A stretch of DNA of 64,000 nucleotides, taken from positions 178,011 to 242,010 of the forward strand of contig NW_019218016.1 of the NCBI RefSeq assembly GCF_002571385.2, read 5' to 3'. The notes under the pieces were generated by a model. The model saw nothing but the letters and a program-made list of their open reading frames with translations, was not told where the DNA came from and ran no database searches. The number at the start of each line of letters is the position of its first letter. The first letter of the stretch is position 1. The DNA is from Stylophora pistillata (Eukaryota). Shown piece after piece: positions 38,536 to 51,400 of the stretch. The translations under genes were made by a program, and so were the position numbers.

Positions 38536-38799
38536 NNNNNNNNNNNNNNNNNNNNNTTATTATTATTATTATTATTATAAATTTCATGCGATATAGCCAG
38601 AAAATGATCGTGACTTTAGTTCCACCCCCCAATCACTTTGTTCGAACGAGGTAATACTGATATCATCATGTAATATCTACAAAGTACCTAGCAGGAAACA
38701 GCTGAATGCCGATTCAGCCGATTCATTTTTACCTCATGGGTTTCAAGGAGCCTTAAATTTTTTAAGGGAAAGGGTGGTGGGGGGGGAGGGAAGCATCAT

Positions 38800-39050
38800 T
38801 AGTATAATTGTTCCAGTGGCTATTGAGATACATGCGCTCTGATTGGTCGAGTATTGCGTTATACCACTTCGTGCAGTCGCATGCGAGGTGATTTTAGCCG
38901 CAAGAGTGCTGAATTTCAAACTGGCCGTCCCGCCTTTTGTCAACGTCACTGAGGAACCGATAAACGCCACGGAAGAGTGAAATTGAAGTCGGAAGAGCAC
39001 AAAAGAAGCTACTAAGTTTGGCGTAACACTTTTCAAATGAAAGATACGAA
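38800..39050 (+). mobile_element. Possible Crypton-like transposon remnant
   Basis: GCTCTGATTGGTC block followed by degenerate coding sequence KSTKEATKFGVTLFK, resembling the N-terminal region of animal Crypton proteins (from recall). Confidence 0.35.
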
Positions 39051-39880
39051 GCTTTTACTGATTGAATGAAATAAAACTTTTCAGTAGATTCTAGTAGACT
39101 GGCTGCTTATCTCGATACAACTGGACATGACAATTGTAATAGAATGTTGTCGACTACAAAACAAATTTACGACAGAATTCGAAAGCATCTTGAATAATTT
39201 TCACTTCGCTGTTAAATGCGCTGATCGCATGGGTTTGCATGCCCAGAGAGTACCTTACCTTGCCACAGGAAATAAGTGCTATTACTAATTCTTGCTAATC
39301 ACATTTAACACGACGTAAATTAGCGCAAAGAAAGGTGGAAATTACTTTCCAAACCTTGAAGCAATAAGCTCCTAAAAATCAAAATGAAGGAAATTACGGT
39401 TCTCCGAGTAAGAAACAGAATTGCTTGAAACCGAAACCGAAATAAAAAGCAAACAAATTTTTATTAATTCTCGAAGTAAAGATCCGCAGAGCACATATTG
39501 TTTTTGTGGAATTCAGTCCCTTAATGTAAGGGTGAAGGGAGAGTCTCTACACAAATTATTGATGATCCTTGTGAATCTTCTCCCTGATAAAACGTTTTTT
39601 GATTATTGTTTCTTAGTTGTCAAAAATATGTGGAGTCGAATATTCCAAGAGAAAAAAAATTAAAAGTAAGGATTGCGAAATATAACAATCCCCTCTGTAA
39701 ATGACGGAAATTAAAGCTGTCAAAATTCACTGCGATCGAAATTACTACTAATTTTGAAGTTCTCCTTTATTATAGGAAACACTAATTTCCTATAATAGGA
39801 TCAATTGTGTGCGCCTGTGTTCCTACCAAATAAGAGAAATTTAGTTGATTGTATCGCAGTTTGAGATCATTGAAAGGAAA

Positions 39881-40331
39881 ACTCTGAATCTTCATTTAAA
39901 AATAATTGCTGTTTTCCAAGCGTGGCTCGTCCTGGATGATTTGACAGTTTTCAACTGCCGAAAGACCGATACTGAAGTAATTACTACAGCCAATCATGAC
40001 AAAGGATGACATCATCATAAGCCAATGACAACTCTGAATCTTCATTTAAAAATAATTGCTGTTTTCCAAGCGTGGCTCGTCCTGAATGATTTGAAGTTTT
40101 CAACTGCCGAAAGACCGATACTGAAGTAATTACTACAGCCAATCATGACAAAGGATGACATCATCATAAGCCAATGACAACTCTGAATCTTCATTTAAAA
40201 ATAATTGCTGTTTTCCAAGCGTGGCTCGTCCTGAATGATTTGAAGTTTTCAACTGCCGAAAGACCGATACTGAAGTAATTACTACAGCCAATCATGACAA
40301 AGGATGACATCATCATAAGCCAATGACAACT
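39881..40331. repeat. 149/150-bp tandem repeat, 3 near-identical copies
   Basis: Units start ACTCTGAATCTTCATTT at 39881, 40031 and 40180. Confidence 0.95.
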
Positions 40332-40559
40332 CATAGTAAATACTTGCAAACTACCAATAGCGCAAGGAAACGCAGCTGACCAAGTTGAGAGGATGGCGCC
40401 AGTTTTCTGGTCCAATCACAGAGCGAGGTAGCGCAGAAACTTATGTGTTCCCGGGTTACTTTGACACACAATTGAAAATTACTCCATGCAGTGTTGAAAG
40501 CGATTAGGTATTTTGGTGTTATCAACTAGGTTGATAAATAAATGTAAATTGGCCAACCG

Positions 40560-41040
40560 TTAAGAATGCCTAGATGCATTGCTACCTGTCATTACAAGAA
40601 TTGTTAACCTGTCACTAACAACAGGAAACTATGCATGGATCTATGGATGGATGGCATACAATAAGCTTAGGCGCAATCGCGATAAGACTGATTTTTTGGT
40701 TATACATGCCAAACATCGCCCACGACCAGCATTATGTGACATCAAAATAGCTGGTGCGAGGGTAGTTTCAACTGAGTCAGCTAGCAACATAGGAGTAATG
40801 TTTAACGATGTTATGAATCATGAGCATCAAGTTCAAAATATCTGTAAAGTAGCTTTCTTTCACATACGCAATTTATCTAAAATCAGGAAATGTCTTACTC
40901 AGAAAGATACTGAAACGTTAGCTCATGCTTTTATAACATCTAAGCTGGACAATTTCGATTCCTTGTTAGCCGCTGAATTGCCACAATACTTATTAGATAA
41001 GGTTCAGCGGGTACAAAATGCTGCGGCGCGTCTCGTCTCC
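40560..41040 (+). mobile_element. Degenerate L2/CR1-clade LINE reverse-transcriptase fragment with internal deletion
   Basis: LLPVITRIVNLSL joined to WMAYNKL..N.DKT...FFHIRNLSKIRKCL...HAFITSKLD...QRVQNAAARLV. Confidence 0.85.
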
Positions 41041-42424
41041 TTGTGATATGTTTTCTTAGTTCCGATTGGCCATTGTAATTCCTTGGTTTGGTTTAACGAC
41101 ACTCGGTCAAAGTCCGCTGGGAGATACTCTCTGCATTCTCCGGTTGAATAAAAAACACGCAACGAACAGCTATAGGGCACTGTACGAGTCCGCACAGCTG
41201 AAGTCATTCAATAATAGTAATTTCTTGTCTTAGGAAAGAGAAGACGATTGGTCTGGATAAATTGTTTGTTTTCAGACTTTTATTGTAAACAATTGTGGTC
41301 TACATGGCATTAAAAAGAAAATCTTGAACACCAACAATCAGCCTGAAATGTTCCTTCGAGGAATTCAAATAGTGTCTTTTAGAATTAAAAATCAATAAAA
41401 AAAAACACTCGCACACACCCACACACAACGCACACCCACGCACGCACGCGCTCAAACTCACGCATTACATGTACAATAGAAAACTGTCCAAATATAAGTT
41501 ACAATGATGTCTTTCTTCAAAACTCTGAAAAGAGAAAGACCAAAAAAGAGCATGACTAAAAAAAAAGAAAAAAGCCATCCAGCTCGCATCTTGTGGTGCT
41601 ATGACACTCTAAATATTGCAACATTGCAATATTTTCTCAAGTTTGTTTATAAAAAAAAAAACAAGATTTGTTTGACATATATTTTCATCTTCATGCACAC
41701 ATTATTTCACAACTTGTTTAACAAATTTCCTATTCAGTGCTAAAATTTAGACAATGTTTTTAAATATATTCATACGTTTACCTCAACAGTGATAGTTTTC
41801 CAATCTCATTGAACGAGGAAAAATCTATCAGCATTTTCTATTTTGTACAAGAAACAATTGGTTCTTTAAGCAACATAAATTCTGCAACAAAGGTTTTCTT
41901 AAAAATAAATTATGCATTAAGTTTACATAAATAAATCAATTCCTTACAACATTGTAGCATGCTAAATAGTAAGTACTTAAAGTATGGCTTGTCTACATAT
42001 TGGTAATCAATGTAAAAATGAAATTTAAAACTTCACTTACAAAGTAAAGTTGGAGCTACATTGACTCAGAGAGGATGTAAAGAAAAAAGATGCTCCTCTT
42101 AAGTCTTGCCAAGATCACATGTCAAAAATGACTAAATAACAATTAGTTCTTTTTTTCTTGCCATCTTCACATACTGACATAATCTTCTGTTAAAAATCCA
42201 CTTTAAGCCCTCTCAACTATATGAAGCAATACTTCTGGCACGCATACTATGCAAAGAATTCAATTATATAAAACCCTAACAGTAAATTTCAAAAATTGGG
42301 TTGAAATCAGGTTGGTTTGTGCTGATCGATAACTCTGTTGCTTTCCGTTTGGAAGTACTAACAATTTCATCTAAAAGAGTACAAAATCTTATTTAATTAA
42401 ATATGTTTCTTACTGATTAAATTA

Positions 42425-45400
42425 CTACATGTGTAAAAATATTTTCCCATATGGCCTTTCAAAAGGAAAGGTCGTTTTCTGCACACACTTCTTTGCCTTC
42501 AAAGCAATGTGTCCCTCTAAATACACATTGTCGTAAAGATCACCCAGAAACTCAGTACCAGGCCCTTGGATGAGACCACGCAGGTTTTTGACAAACTCCC
42601 TCTTTGTCATTTTGTTTTTCACATGCGGACTGCTCAGATCCACACTGAGAAGAATCAGCGAGTGGCACAGTATAAATACACTCTCTAGAAAAGGGAAATA
42701 CAAACCATCAAACCATGAGTTACCGTATACTGAAGGTAGATAAGCAGTGATATGGCAGTGATGACAGAGTAAACAACAGGGCGGAGAGGGGGGGGGAAGG
42801 GGGCACACAAACAGCCAGGAAGACAAATTGCAAAGGTGGTAGATGAACAGATACACTAAGAGAGACTGGCAAAAAGGGAATGAGGATGTCTGCTACCCTT
42901 TCTTGCCTCTCCTACCATGTCTGCCTTTTGGCCTCCACAGACTCAGTTCTCCTCACCCCTTGTTCCTCTTTCATCTCCAATAACCCCTACTACCCATCTC
43001 CCCCCCCCCACTCCATCTTGTCACCCCTCCTACTACTCCTCCTGCATGTCCTTCCACATTCAAGTCAGGTGTGAAGGCAGGCTTAGAGCCATTTGCACTC
43101 TATAGTGAATCAAATGAAGCATGAGTAAGGAAGAGAGATTTAAAAAATTGGACAGATGAATTGGAGCAAAAGAAAAAATTGAGGACAAGCAAGAAAGGAG
43201 GGAAAGAAGAAAAGGAGACGGTTTGAAAGTGGTACAGAAAGTCAAAAGAAAAATGGCAAAAAGGAAATGCTCACGAATAAAGACAATAGGAACAGCCCAG
43301 AGAAACTGCCAAGGGAAAGAGAGAGGGAGATAAAGGGAGACAAGTTACTGCAAGTAAATGTACATGTAGGTACAAAGTAGCAAACCACAGCTGAATACTA
43401 ACCTGGTGTTAAGGATGTGCTAGGATTTGTAGCACAGAACGGAATTGAGAACTTGTTTAAAAGGGTGTCTAAGAATTCTCCTCTTTGTTCGGGGGGATAC
43501 ACTCTTTCAAAAAACTGCCTGAAATTAGAACAAGAGTTTCATATCCACTAGGTCACAGCCTTGAGCTTCTCAGTAGTTTCAAGTGGGACTGTGTGGCCTA
43601 AAATTGTTCAGGTAAGAGTTGTCCAGGTAAGAATTATTGTTGGCTTAAGTGACTGATGTTTTGACAATCTGAGGGGAAATTATCATCAAAGTTGAGTAAG
43701 GAATTAATTGTCAGTGAAGTAAGTAAAGTTGCGAAAACTGTTTGAACCTTAGGAAAAGAATCATTAATTACAATTTACCTTAATGCCACAGGCAAAAATA
43801 TCCCCTCATAACGCTGCATGTTCACAATTTCTTGCAAGATGTCTCTTCTACAAAAAAAGTAATAAAAAATGAGATTCTTAAGGGTAGAGATGAAGAGAGA
43901 CTTGTTAAACATTTCGAAATGGAACACACCATTTATCTTCTATGAGTGTTTGGTTATTCTTTAACCCTTTGACTCCCATAGGTGACCAAGACAGAATTTC
44001 TCCTTACAATATCATCACCAGAGCTCTAAGCTCAATTTTTCAAAAAAGTCGCCATTTGGCGACCTTCAATTGTAAAATGGTCACCATAAAAGAAATTTAG
44101 TTGCCCCTTCCCCCCCTCCTCAAAAAAAAAAACAGAAGGGGAGGACACTTCATGATANAGTACATGATGGGCTATTGCGCCGAAAGGCACGTTTTATCAC
44201 TTAGGTTTGCTACTGTAAGAGAAAGAAAAGGAAGAGACTGTCTAGTAGCAAAAACGATTTATTTGAACATTACAAAGCTGCTGAGACCGTGCAACATTGC
44301 CAATTGCCCCTTCAAATCGATCGAATTTGCCATTTTTTTACGCAGTCGAGTTTCTGAACAACGAGAGGTGAAAAGAGAAAGGCAGGTGATGCCACCCCTT
44401 GTACTATTGATTAAACTCATCCTATTGTTGGTAATTTTTCAAGTAAGTTTCTCTTTTAATCTGTTGGTCGCCAATTGGTGACTTTTGCCAGAATTTTAGT
44501 CGCCAAATATTTTTTCACTCGCCATGGCGACCAAAATGGTAGCAGCTTAGAGCACTGATAAAAAAATCAAGCAGATAAGTAATGAGAATGAAGAAAAATG
44601 TCAAATTCTCCAATCTAACATCAAAAGAATCATATGGGAGACAGTAAGAAGAATTGCTATTGAGAAAGGACTAAGCTCTTACCTTGTATTTAGATACTCG
44701 CTGACAGACTTTCCATAAAGTGCACCTGTACAGTTGATAAACTTTGCTATCTCCATGCATGAATCATCCAACACATTGTGTCTGACGAGATAACTTATTC
44801 CCTGGAATAGAAAGAATATGTTTCAACACTTTTGGTACTATCTATAAAATCATAACCAGATTTTAATCATCTTAGGTAAGCTTATAAGTGGTTAACTATC
44901 AGATGAATGAATAAATGGGGTAAGTTTCTAAAGAGACTGTCAGTGGTGCTGCGTCAGTGGGAGTTAAACGGTAATTTTGGTTTAATCAAATGAATTGATA
45001 AATGTAGATTGGCCACCATAGAGAGTTTCAAATCTTACATTTTGAGCATTAGCCCTTGGTCATTCACCCTGAAAAGGCACTAACACTCGAAACATCAGCT
45101 TTGAAACTCTTTAGGGTGGCCCATTTACATTATCAACGCAGTTGATTAAGCCAAAATTATCAGAGGAATGATTTGGGTGTCCTGTGCAAGTAGTTGGGAG
45201 ATCCTTTCAAAGGATGCCAGTAAATCACTGCTGATTCATGCAAACTGTAATTTTTTGCCACCCAAAAAATATTTTAAGGGAAGACTAGTACTAACAGAGA
45301 ATGGTGCCTAGCTGCTATTAAATACCAACATGAAAAAAAACTAATAAAAAATATTGATTCATGAGTTTGTCCGTGAAAAACAAAGACAATATAAAGTCAC

Positions 45401-47562
45401 ATACTTTGATTCATTGCATTAAACTGAACCTGAATTACCAGTAAAAGAGTTGTGTCACTAATACACACAATCAGACAATTTCCTTTCCAGAAGGTTTACT
45501 AGTTGCTAAAATCAAGAGTCTGAACACTAATTTATAAGCCACAAATGTGAGGAGAAATGATATTGTGAAAAAGAAAATGCTTAGTCAAATACAACAACTA
45601 CAAAAGCCCCTTACAAATACAGATTGTTGACATTATGATCAAGCTCAAAGTATTGAACAGACAAAAATGTCACAAAATCACATGAACCATGTGCACTAAC
45701 CTGATGAGGATCAAAATTAAAGAGGCAAGTGCCCTCATCCAGCAACATGTACAGTTCCTTGTAGGAAATCTTTCCCTGGCAGTGGACAAAAATAATTTCA
45801 ACTTCATTCTTTTACTGTTGATTAAAAAAGCAACTTCTAAGTACATTAAGTGCAAATGAGGTATTTGCTGAATGTATACGTTTAGTTTTGTGCAGTAAAC
45901 AACAGTGTATACCAGCTTTTGATCTTGTTAAGCTATCAGCTGAGGGTCAGTTTCAAACTTAGAGGTTCTTTCTCTAAACCAGGACACCTAATCTATGCAC
46001 AATTTTATTCAGCTACTAAGGAAATTTGTTCAAGGGGCTGAGTTGCGCTGTGAGTATGCAAACCAAGTTCTTCCAATTTAGAACTTAATATGTAAAATTT
46101 CTATTTGTCCTTCCTGTTTTTTACCAAGGAGCATAGTACAAAGCTGTAAATACCAACAATTGCAAATTTCTGAAGTCAACTACTGCGATGAGTTAATTTA
46201 ATTTAGTAGCTTTGCCAACCGGCAGGGACACCACAACAGCTTGCACCAATTACTGCAGGCCCAATAAACCCACCCATCCCACCCCAGGGGAGGACATCCA
46301 TCACACAGTAATCTCATGTGTGGGAAATTAACGTCTCCTACCCCAACCCTGCAGGAGACGGGACCTCCATTTATTTGTCCCTATCTGAGAAGACTAGAAT
46401 ATCTAACCACTTCTTGATGTTATAGAAAGGCAGCAAATTCTTCTCAATTATTTTAAGACCCTGAGTGTTGGTCCGGCCAGGCTCGAACCCTTGACCTACC
46501 GCACAACAGTCCAGTGCTCTAACCATTGAGCTAACAGGGAGTGGCACTAGATAAAAACAATCAAACAAATAGACACTGCCTCAGTTTCAAAAATAAGATG
46601 AAGGTGACAAAGCTTACCTGACGCTTCCTGTAATATGCTGAAGCATGGCCCCATGTAACTTTTGACAGGCTGACACAAAAACAAGAATTACAAAAGAGTT
46701 ACTTAATTCTTCCAAATAACTACTAACTGTTATCAATTATTCATAAACTCATGAGGGCGGCTCAAACATATATATAACTACCTTATTTCCTAATTTGCTG
46801 TGCCATATCATATTATTGGGAGTGTTGCCACAACAAAAAATACCTTCAGGCCACCAAATATGATTTCGCAGGTAATGATAAACCTTTCAACAAATAACAG
46901 TCTCAGAAACAAGAATGAACATTTTATGGAGATGCTGGAGAGCCCCCTTAATTTTCTATAAATTTTGGATTGGATGAAAAACATCTCATTACTGACGAGT
47001 TTGTGCTCTGAGGATTTTAGGACTGGTTTAGTTTTCTTATTTGATTTTGGGATTTTGTGTAATATTGGTATATGTACTTCCACAGTTTATCTCCAAGGAG
47101 GCATGCACCAAACAAAGTGTCGGTTTTAGAAATCGCTAATCACTCCAACTAGGACCACAGAAAGTAGGGACTAAAAGGATAAAAATCATACTATAAAAAA
47201 GGAAAAAATCTCAAACGGGCTTAAGTGAGATAAATTACAACGGCGTTTAAAAATAATCTTTCCAGTTTAACTTACAACATCACAAAGTACAATGTCTGAT
47301 CTAAAAGAAAACTGCGCCTTTCAACGTGACAAGAAGAAAACACATCCATTACAGTATTGAAAATCCCAAACCTTTGCCAGAGAAGTTCATTGTCAGCTAA
47401 TTGCTTCCAAACACAGGCAGCAAGACATAGATCCGTTGCGTTCAAGTGCGACAAAACACACACAGCAACTTCGGGGGGGAAATTACTGAGATCAGGGAAA
47501 GATTTCAGCTGATGCGGAGTACTTCGGCTTCTGCGTTGAACTATGGACTGGAATTGACCCAT
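42425..47562 (-). CDS. FBXO8: F-box only protein 8 (F-box + Sec7-like domain)
   Basis: Approximate exons 47562-47372 (MGQ...PPEVAVCVLSHLNATDLCLAACVW), 46669-46618, 45775-45701 (LLDEGTCLFN), 44802-44683, 43847-43779, 43518-43403 (PPEQRGEFLDTL), 42684-42425 (LILLSVDLSSPHVKNKMTKREF). Confidence 0.93.
44019..44557. mobile_element. hAT-like MITE nested in a TTAACCCTT-family repeat
   Basis: TIR CAGAGCTCTAAGCT / AGCTTAGAGCACTG; subterminal TCGCCA/TGGCGA repeats. It interrupts the host repeat at 43960-44660. Confidence 0.7.
44925..45160. mobile_element. Palindromic Penelope-like element family B with degenerate hammerhead; other copies ~58175-58290, 60368-60525, 63820-63895
   Basis: Inverted arms around ~45060. 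Copies share ...CTAACGCTCGAAACGTCAGC...GGTGGCCAATTTAC...GCAGCACCACAGTTTC blocks. Confidence 0.65.
46262..46540 (-). mobile_element. tRNA-derived SINE; partial copy at ~15765-15905
   Basis: The minus-strand head has an A box (TAGCTCAATGG) and a B box (GGTTCGAGCC), followed by a non-tRNA body. The 3' part is repeated, inverted, at 15.8 kb. Confidence 0.75.
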
Positions 47563-48495
47563 GCGTTCAAAAATGCATAATACTGAGTCAAAAACTAGGC
47601 GATGGCCGGGGATTCCGCAGAACCCACTGCCGTTTCGGGGAGAATAACACTTTAAACTTTAAACGTTCATAATCACCAACTCAGCCATATGTAAAGGTTT
47701 ATTGTGATCATAACAAATGACATCTCGCGTTCTGACGTGGCTATAGAAATGCGCGTGCTTTTTGGGTAAAACTGCTGGTCGATATGAGCGAATCTACGAT
47801 GAAAAATAGATTAAAATTATTTTCTTTGTTTACAAATAATTCTTCCCTTTTTTTAGACACAAATTTACTTCATGTGAGATGAAAAAAGCGAAATAATCAG
47901 GCAAATCATTTTTTTAGAGGCTTTATTTTGTAAAGAACTCATGAGAAAAATAAAATTCAGATATAATGATATATTTTATTGATGGTTAAAATGAAAGTGT
48001 TTAACTTCACTCCTTTAACGCAGCACTCAGCTTTTGAGAATTTTGATAAGTCAGCTTTAAGGTTATTTTTGGGCCGATTACTTCTTTTCAGTTGAGACTT
48101 CTTTCCATGCACCGTGAAAGTTTGAATAGATATTGTAGTTTATTTATCATGCATATGTTTATAACTTTCCTATAGCATGTTCGAATAATTTTTCATCAAT
48201 TTGTTTTCGATTTGCCTTTTTTGTCGATCCGTTTTATCTGTACATGTTTACCAACGAAGATCTTGGTTAATTAGCTTTGATGAAGGAATGAATTCTCCCC
48301 AGGCCAAATACAAACAGAGGCAAATTTGAATGACACGCATGCTCTATAGTGCGGTTGTTAGGACGCTGTCGTTAAACCCGCGAGTCAATTATCACTAACG
48401 GTTTTCCTCTGAATATGACATTTTTACGCAAATTTCCTTGACTTCGGCCGAAAAATGGAAAAAGCTGAATAGAACAGTCATTATAGTCTTCGGAA
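47563..48495. promoter_or_regulatory. Putative bidirectional promoter region between FBXO8 and CEP135
   Basis: Divergent ATGs ~930 bp apart. CRE-like TGACGT at ~47733, CHR-like TTTGAA at 48325-48330, X-box-like GTTGTTAGGACGC at 48354-48366. Confidence 0.55.
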
Positions 48496-51400
48496 ATGAC
48501 GGAAAGAAAGTTTACCACGCTTAGAAAGCGTCTGGATCAGCTTGGCTACAGGCAAGCTTTGGGGATTGAATCTGTTCCTTTAGTGGAGAAGTTGTTTAGC
48601 GATCTTGTTCATACGACAGAAAGCTTAAAAAATGTTAAACTTCAACTGGGAAAGCAGGAGAAGGAAAGAACAGTTTACGAAGATAACGTGGAGCCATATA
48701 GAAGTGATAATGCAAAACTGGTTAAAGAAAACAATGAACTTCATCTGCAGCTCATAAAACTACGAGAGGAAACTGATCAGGTTATTAGAGATCTGAAAAC
48801 CAGCGTACGAAAGTTAGAACATGAAAATGCGGACCTGAAATTTTTAAATACACAATATGTGCATAAAGTGAAGGCTTTGGAAAAGGAAAACAAGTCGAAA
48901 ACTGAAAGGATACAGGACTTACAAGAGAAAAATTTGCATGCAGTTGTTGAAACTCCAGGCGGACGAAGGAAACAGATACCGCTTCGTCGTCAACGTATGG
49001 ATATTGAAAGCATGGTTTCTCCTGCTCGTGATCTGAACGACAAGGCAGACGATGTACACGATCCGTATGTAGCAGACTTGTTAAACGTGGCTGACACAAG
49101 AATAGAAGAGCTACAAGTTCAAGTGTCTCAACTTCAGGACGAAAAATCGAGCACGGAGAGACGAAACAAGAGTCTTCGAAAACAGGTAAATTTTCAAGTG
49201 CAGTGACTTCCGGAAACAATCGGCAGAATATTGATATAAAAATTTAACATCTAGAAGGGAAATAAACGAGGTTTTTCTGCATTGTAGACCTTTATACTGT
49301 CTTTATCAATTTTCACTTTCGTTTTCTTTCATCGATTTTTATTGGTATGATTTTGGCCAACCCTTCAAGTTGTTTTAGATGCTTGTAATTAACACTTTTA
49401 GCTGGTATAGAATTAGAGGCAATTTATAATTGATGGAGAAACTCTCGCATAGTTTACACTTTTCAATATATGTCTTGTATGATCATTGATTATTTCAATG
49501 ACTGGACTTTTAATTTGCACACCTCTGACATAACCCTCAATAATTCAAAACATTAAGCTATTAAATTTTTAATTAAATTTCTACCTTTCATATAAGTCAC
49601 CTAAAAATGAAATTATCTTACATCTGAAAATTATCATAATTGAAAGCTTGCTCAATGTCACCTGGTTTTTCCTCTTACATTTTCAAGGTGAATTCCAAAT
49701 TAACTATGAAATTAAATTATTGTTTAACTTTGCATAGATTAGCTTGGATGTTTAAATGAAATATTTACCCTGCCCTCTTTATATTATTTTGAATGACTAC
49801 ATAAATGCTGGGTGTCAAAAATATATTTTACAAAATGAAGACTTGTTATAGCACAGATATACTGCTATTTTAAAAAAGTGTCAGCCAAAACTTTATGAGA
49901 GAAATTTGGCAAAATTACATTGAAAAAAAAAGCAGAAGTTTTAAAAGCCATAATGATAAAAATTCTTTTTTATTCATTGACAACATGCTTTGAGTACATA
50001 ACCAATTTCAGATATCATCTCTGTTGTGTACCTTTTGTATATTCCTTTTCATTTAAATGGATGATCTTGCCTTAGTATTTGTCTTAATACCCAATTTTTT
50101 CAAAAAGAAGATTCTTTTTTTTAAGGTGGAGTCTCGTGATAAAGAAATTGAGAGGTTAAACCGGCTGCTAGACGGTGGGCGGCCTGTTGATGCAGTCCTT
50201 AGAGAGGGTAAAAAAGACAGCAGTGAAAGAGTTGTTGCTCATCTTAATGTTCAGGTACCTGTGTACGACCACTGCTTTGTGTGTTGTAAGAGATGTGCTG
50301 GCACGGTAGCTAACATGCTCAACTCCAGATTGCAAGGTTTGGGTTTGAGCACAATCCTGGCCAATTGATACTTTATACTCACAGTGCCTCTCCCCTCTAG
50401 GGCTGTAAAATGGGCACCAGCAAACTGATCAAAAGAAACGCAATCAGGGCTTGACACTAACAGTAGCCCACTAGCCACAGACTGGTAGAAATTCAGTTTT
50501 GGCTAGTGGTTTTCAATTTCCACCAGCCAGTTTGGCTAGTAAACAGACTGAGAATTAATTGTTGTAACATCTAAAAACAGCTAAGATGTCATGAGCCATT
50601 TGGCTAGTAAGTTGAAAAGTTAGTGTTGAGTCCTGCGCAATGTCAAAATAGTATCTATTGTATTGTTTTTCTTGCTTCAGTATTTTTGTATGGTTCAAAG
50701 TTTAGTTAGGTTACCACTTGCTGTAAATATCCTTTTTTGTATTTTAGTGAGGTTAGCAAGGGTGTTGTTTTAGCAGGAAAAACTGTGGCATGCACTTTGG
50801 CTTTGCTACCTGTCTCCATAAGCTTTTTATTTACAATTTTCTGCAAGTTTATTTGTGGTAAAAATTTTAATTTCTGGCAACCATTTAATGATCTAATCGT
50901 ACATTGCCAAACGGTGACTTTGAAAAAAAGTTGAGCATGGTGACCTTTTGTGATGCTGGTTAACCCCTTAATTCCCAAAAGTGATGAAAATGTAACTTCT
51001 CCCAAAAATATACCATGCATAATTCAACAGGGGGTAGTGAGAATACTCAAAGTTATCAGGGAGCAGTTGTTTTCTTGATCTAACACCAAATTCTCACAAT
51101 TATTTTGCAAGGAAATGTGATGCAATTAGAAGGAAGAATTGACAATTAGATCTTGGGTTAATTTAGCCTGTCATTTATCATTTTTCTATCAGGTGGATTA
51201 TCTGCAGCAGGCCAATCATGACTTAGAAAAGCAATTAAAAGATACAGTCGACCAGAAAGTTGAGGCGACCAGGCGAGCCAATGAGCTTGAAGCAACAAAT
51301 GCCGATCTTCTTCTGGAACTCAAAGATCTCAACAGACTCTCCAGACAAGTTGAGCAGGATAAAGAGAGAGATGTCATAGCTATGCAATCAGAGTTGTCAG

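Noticed and set aside
46465-46540. tRNA-like sequence with A and B boxes
   Set aside because: No complete cloverleaf or acceptor stem, and it continues into a repeated body; this is a SINE head.
48785-49219. 144-aa minus-strand ORF
   Set aside because: Antisense shadow of CEP135 exon 1.
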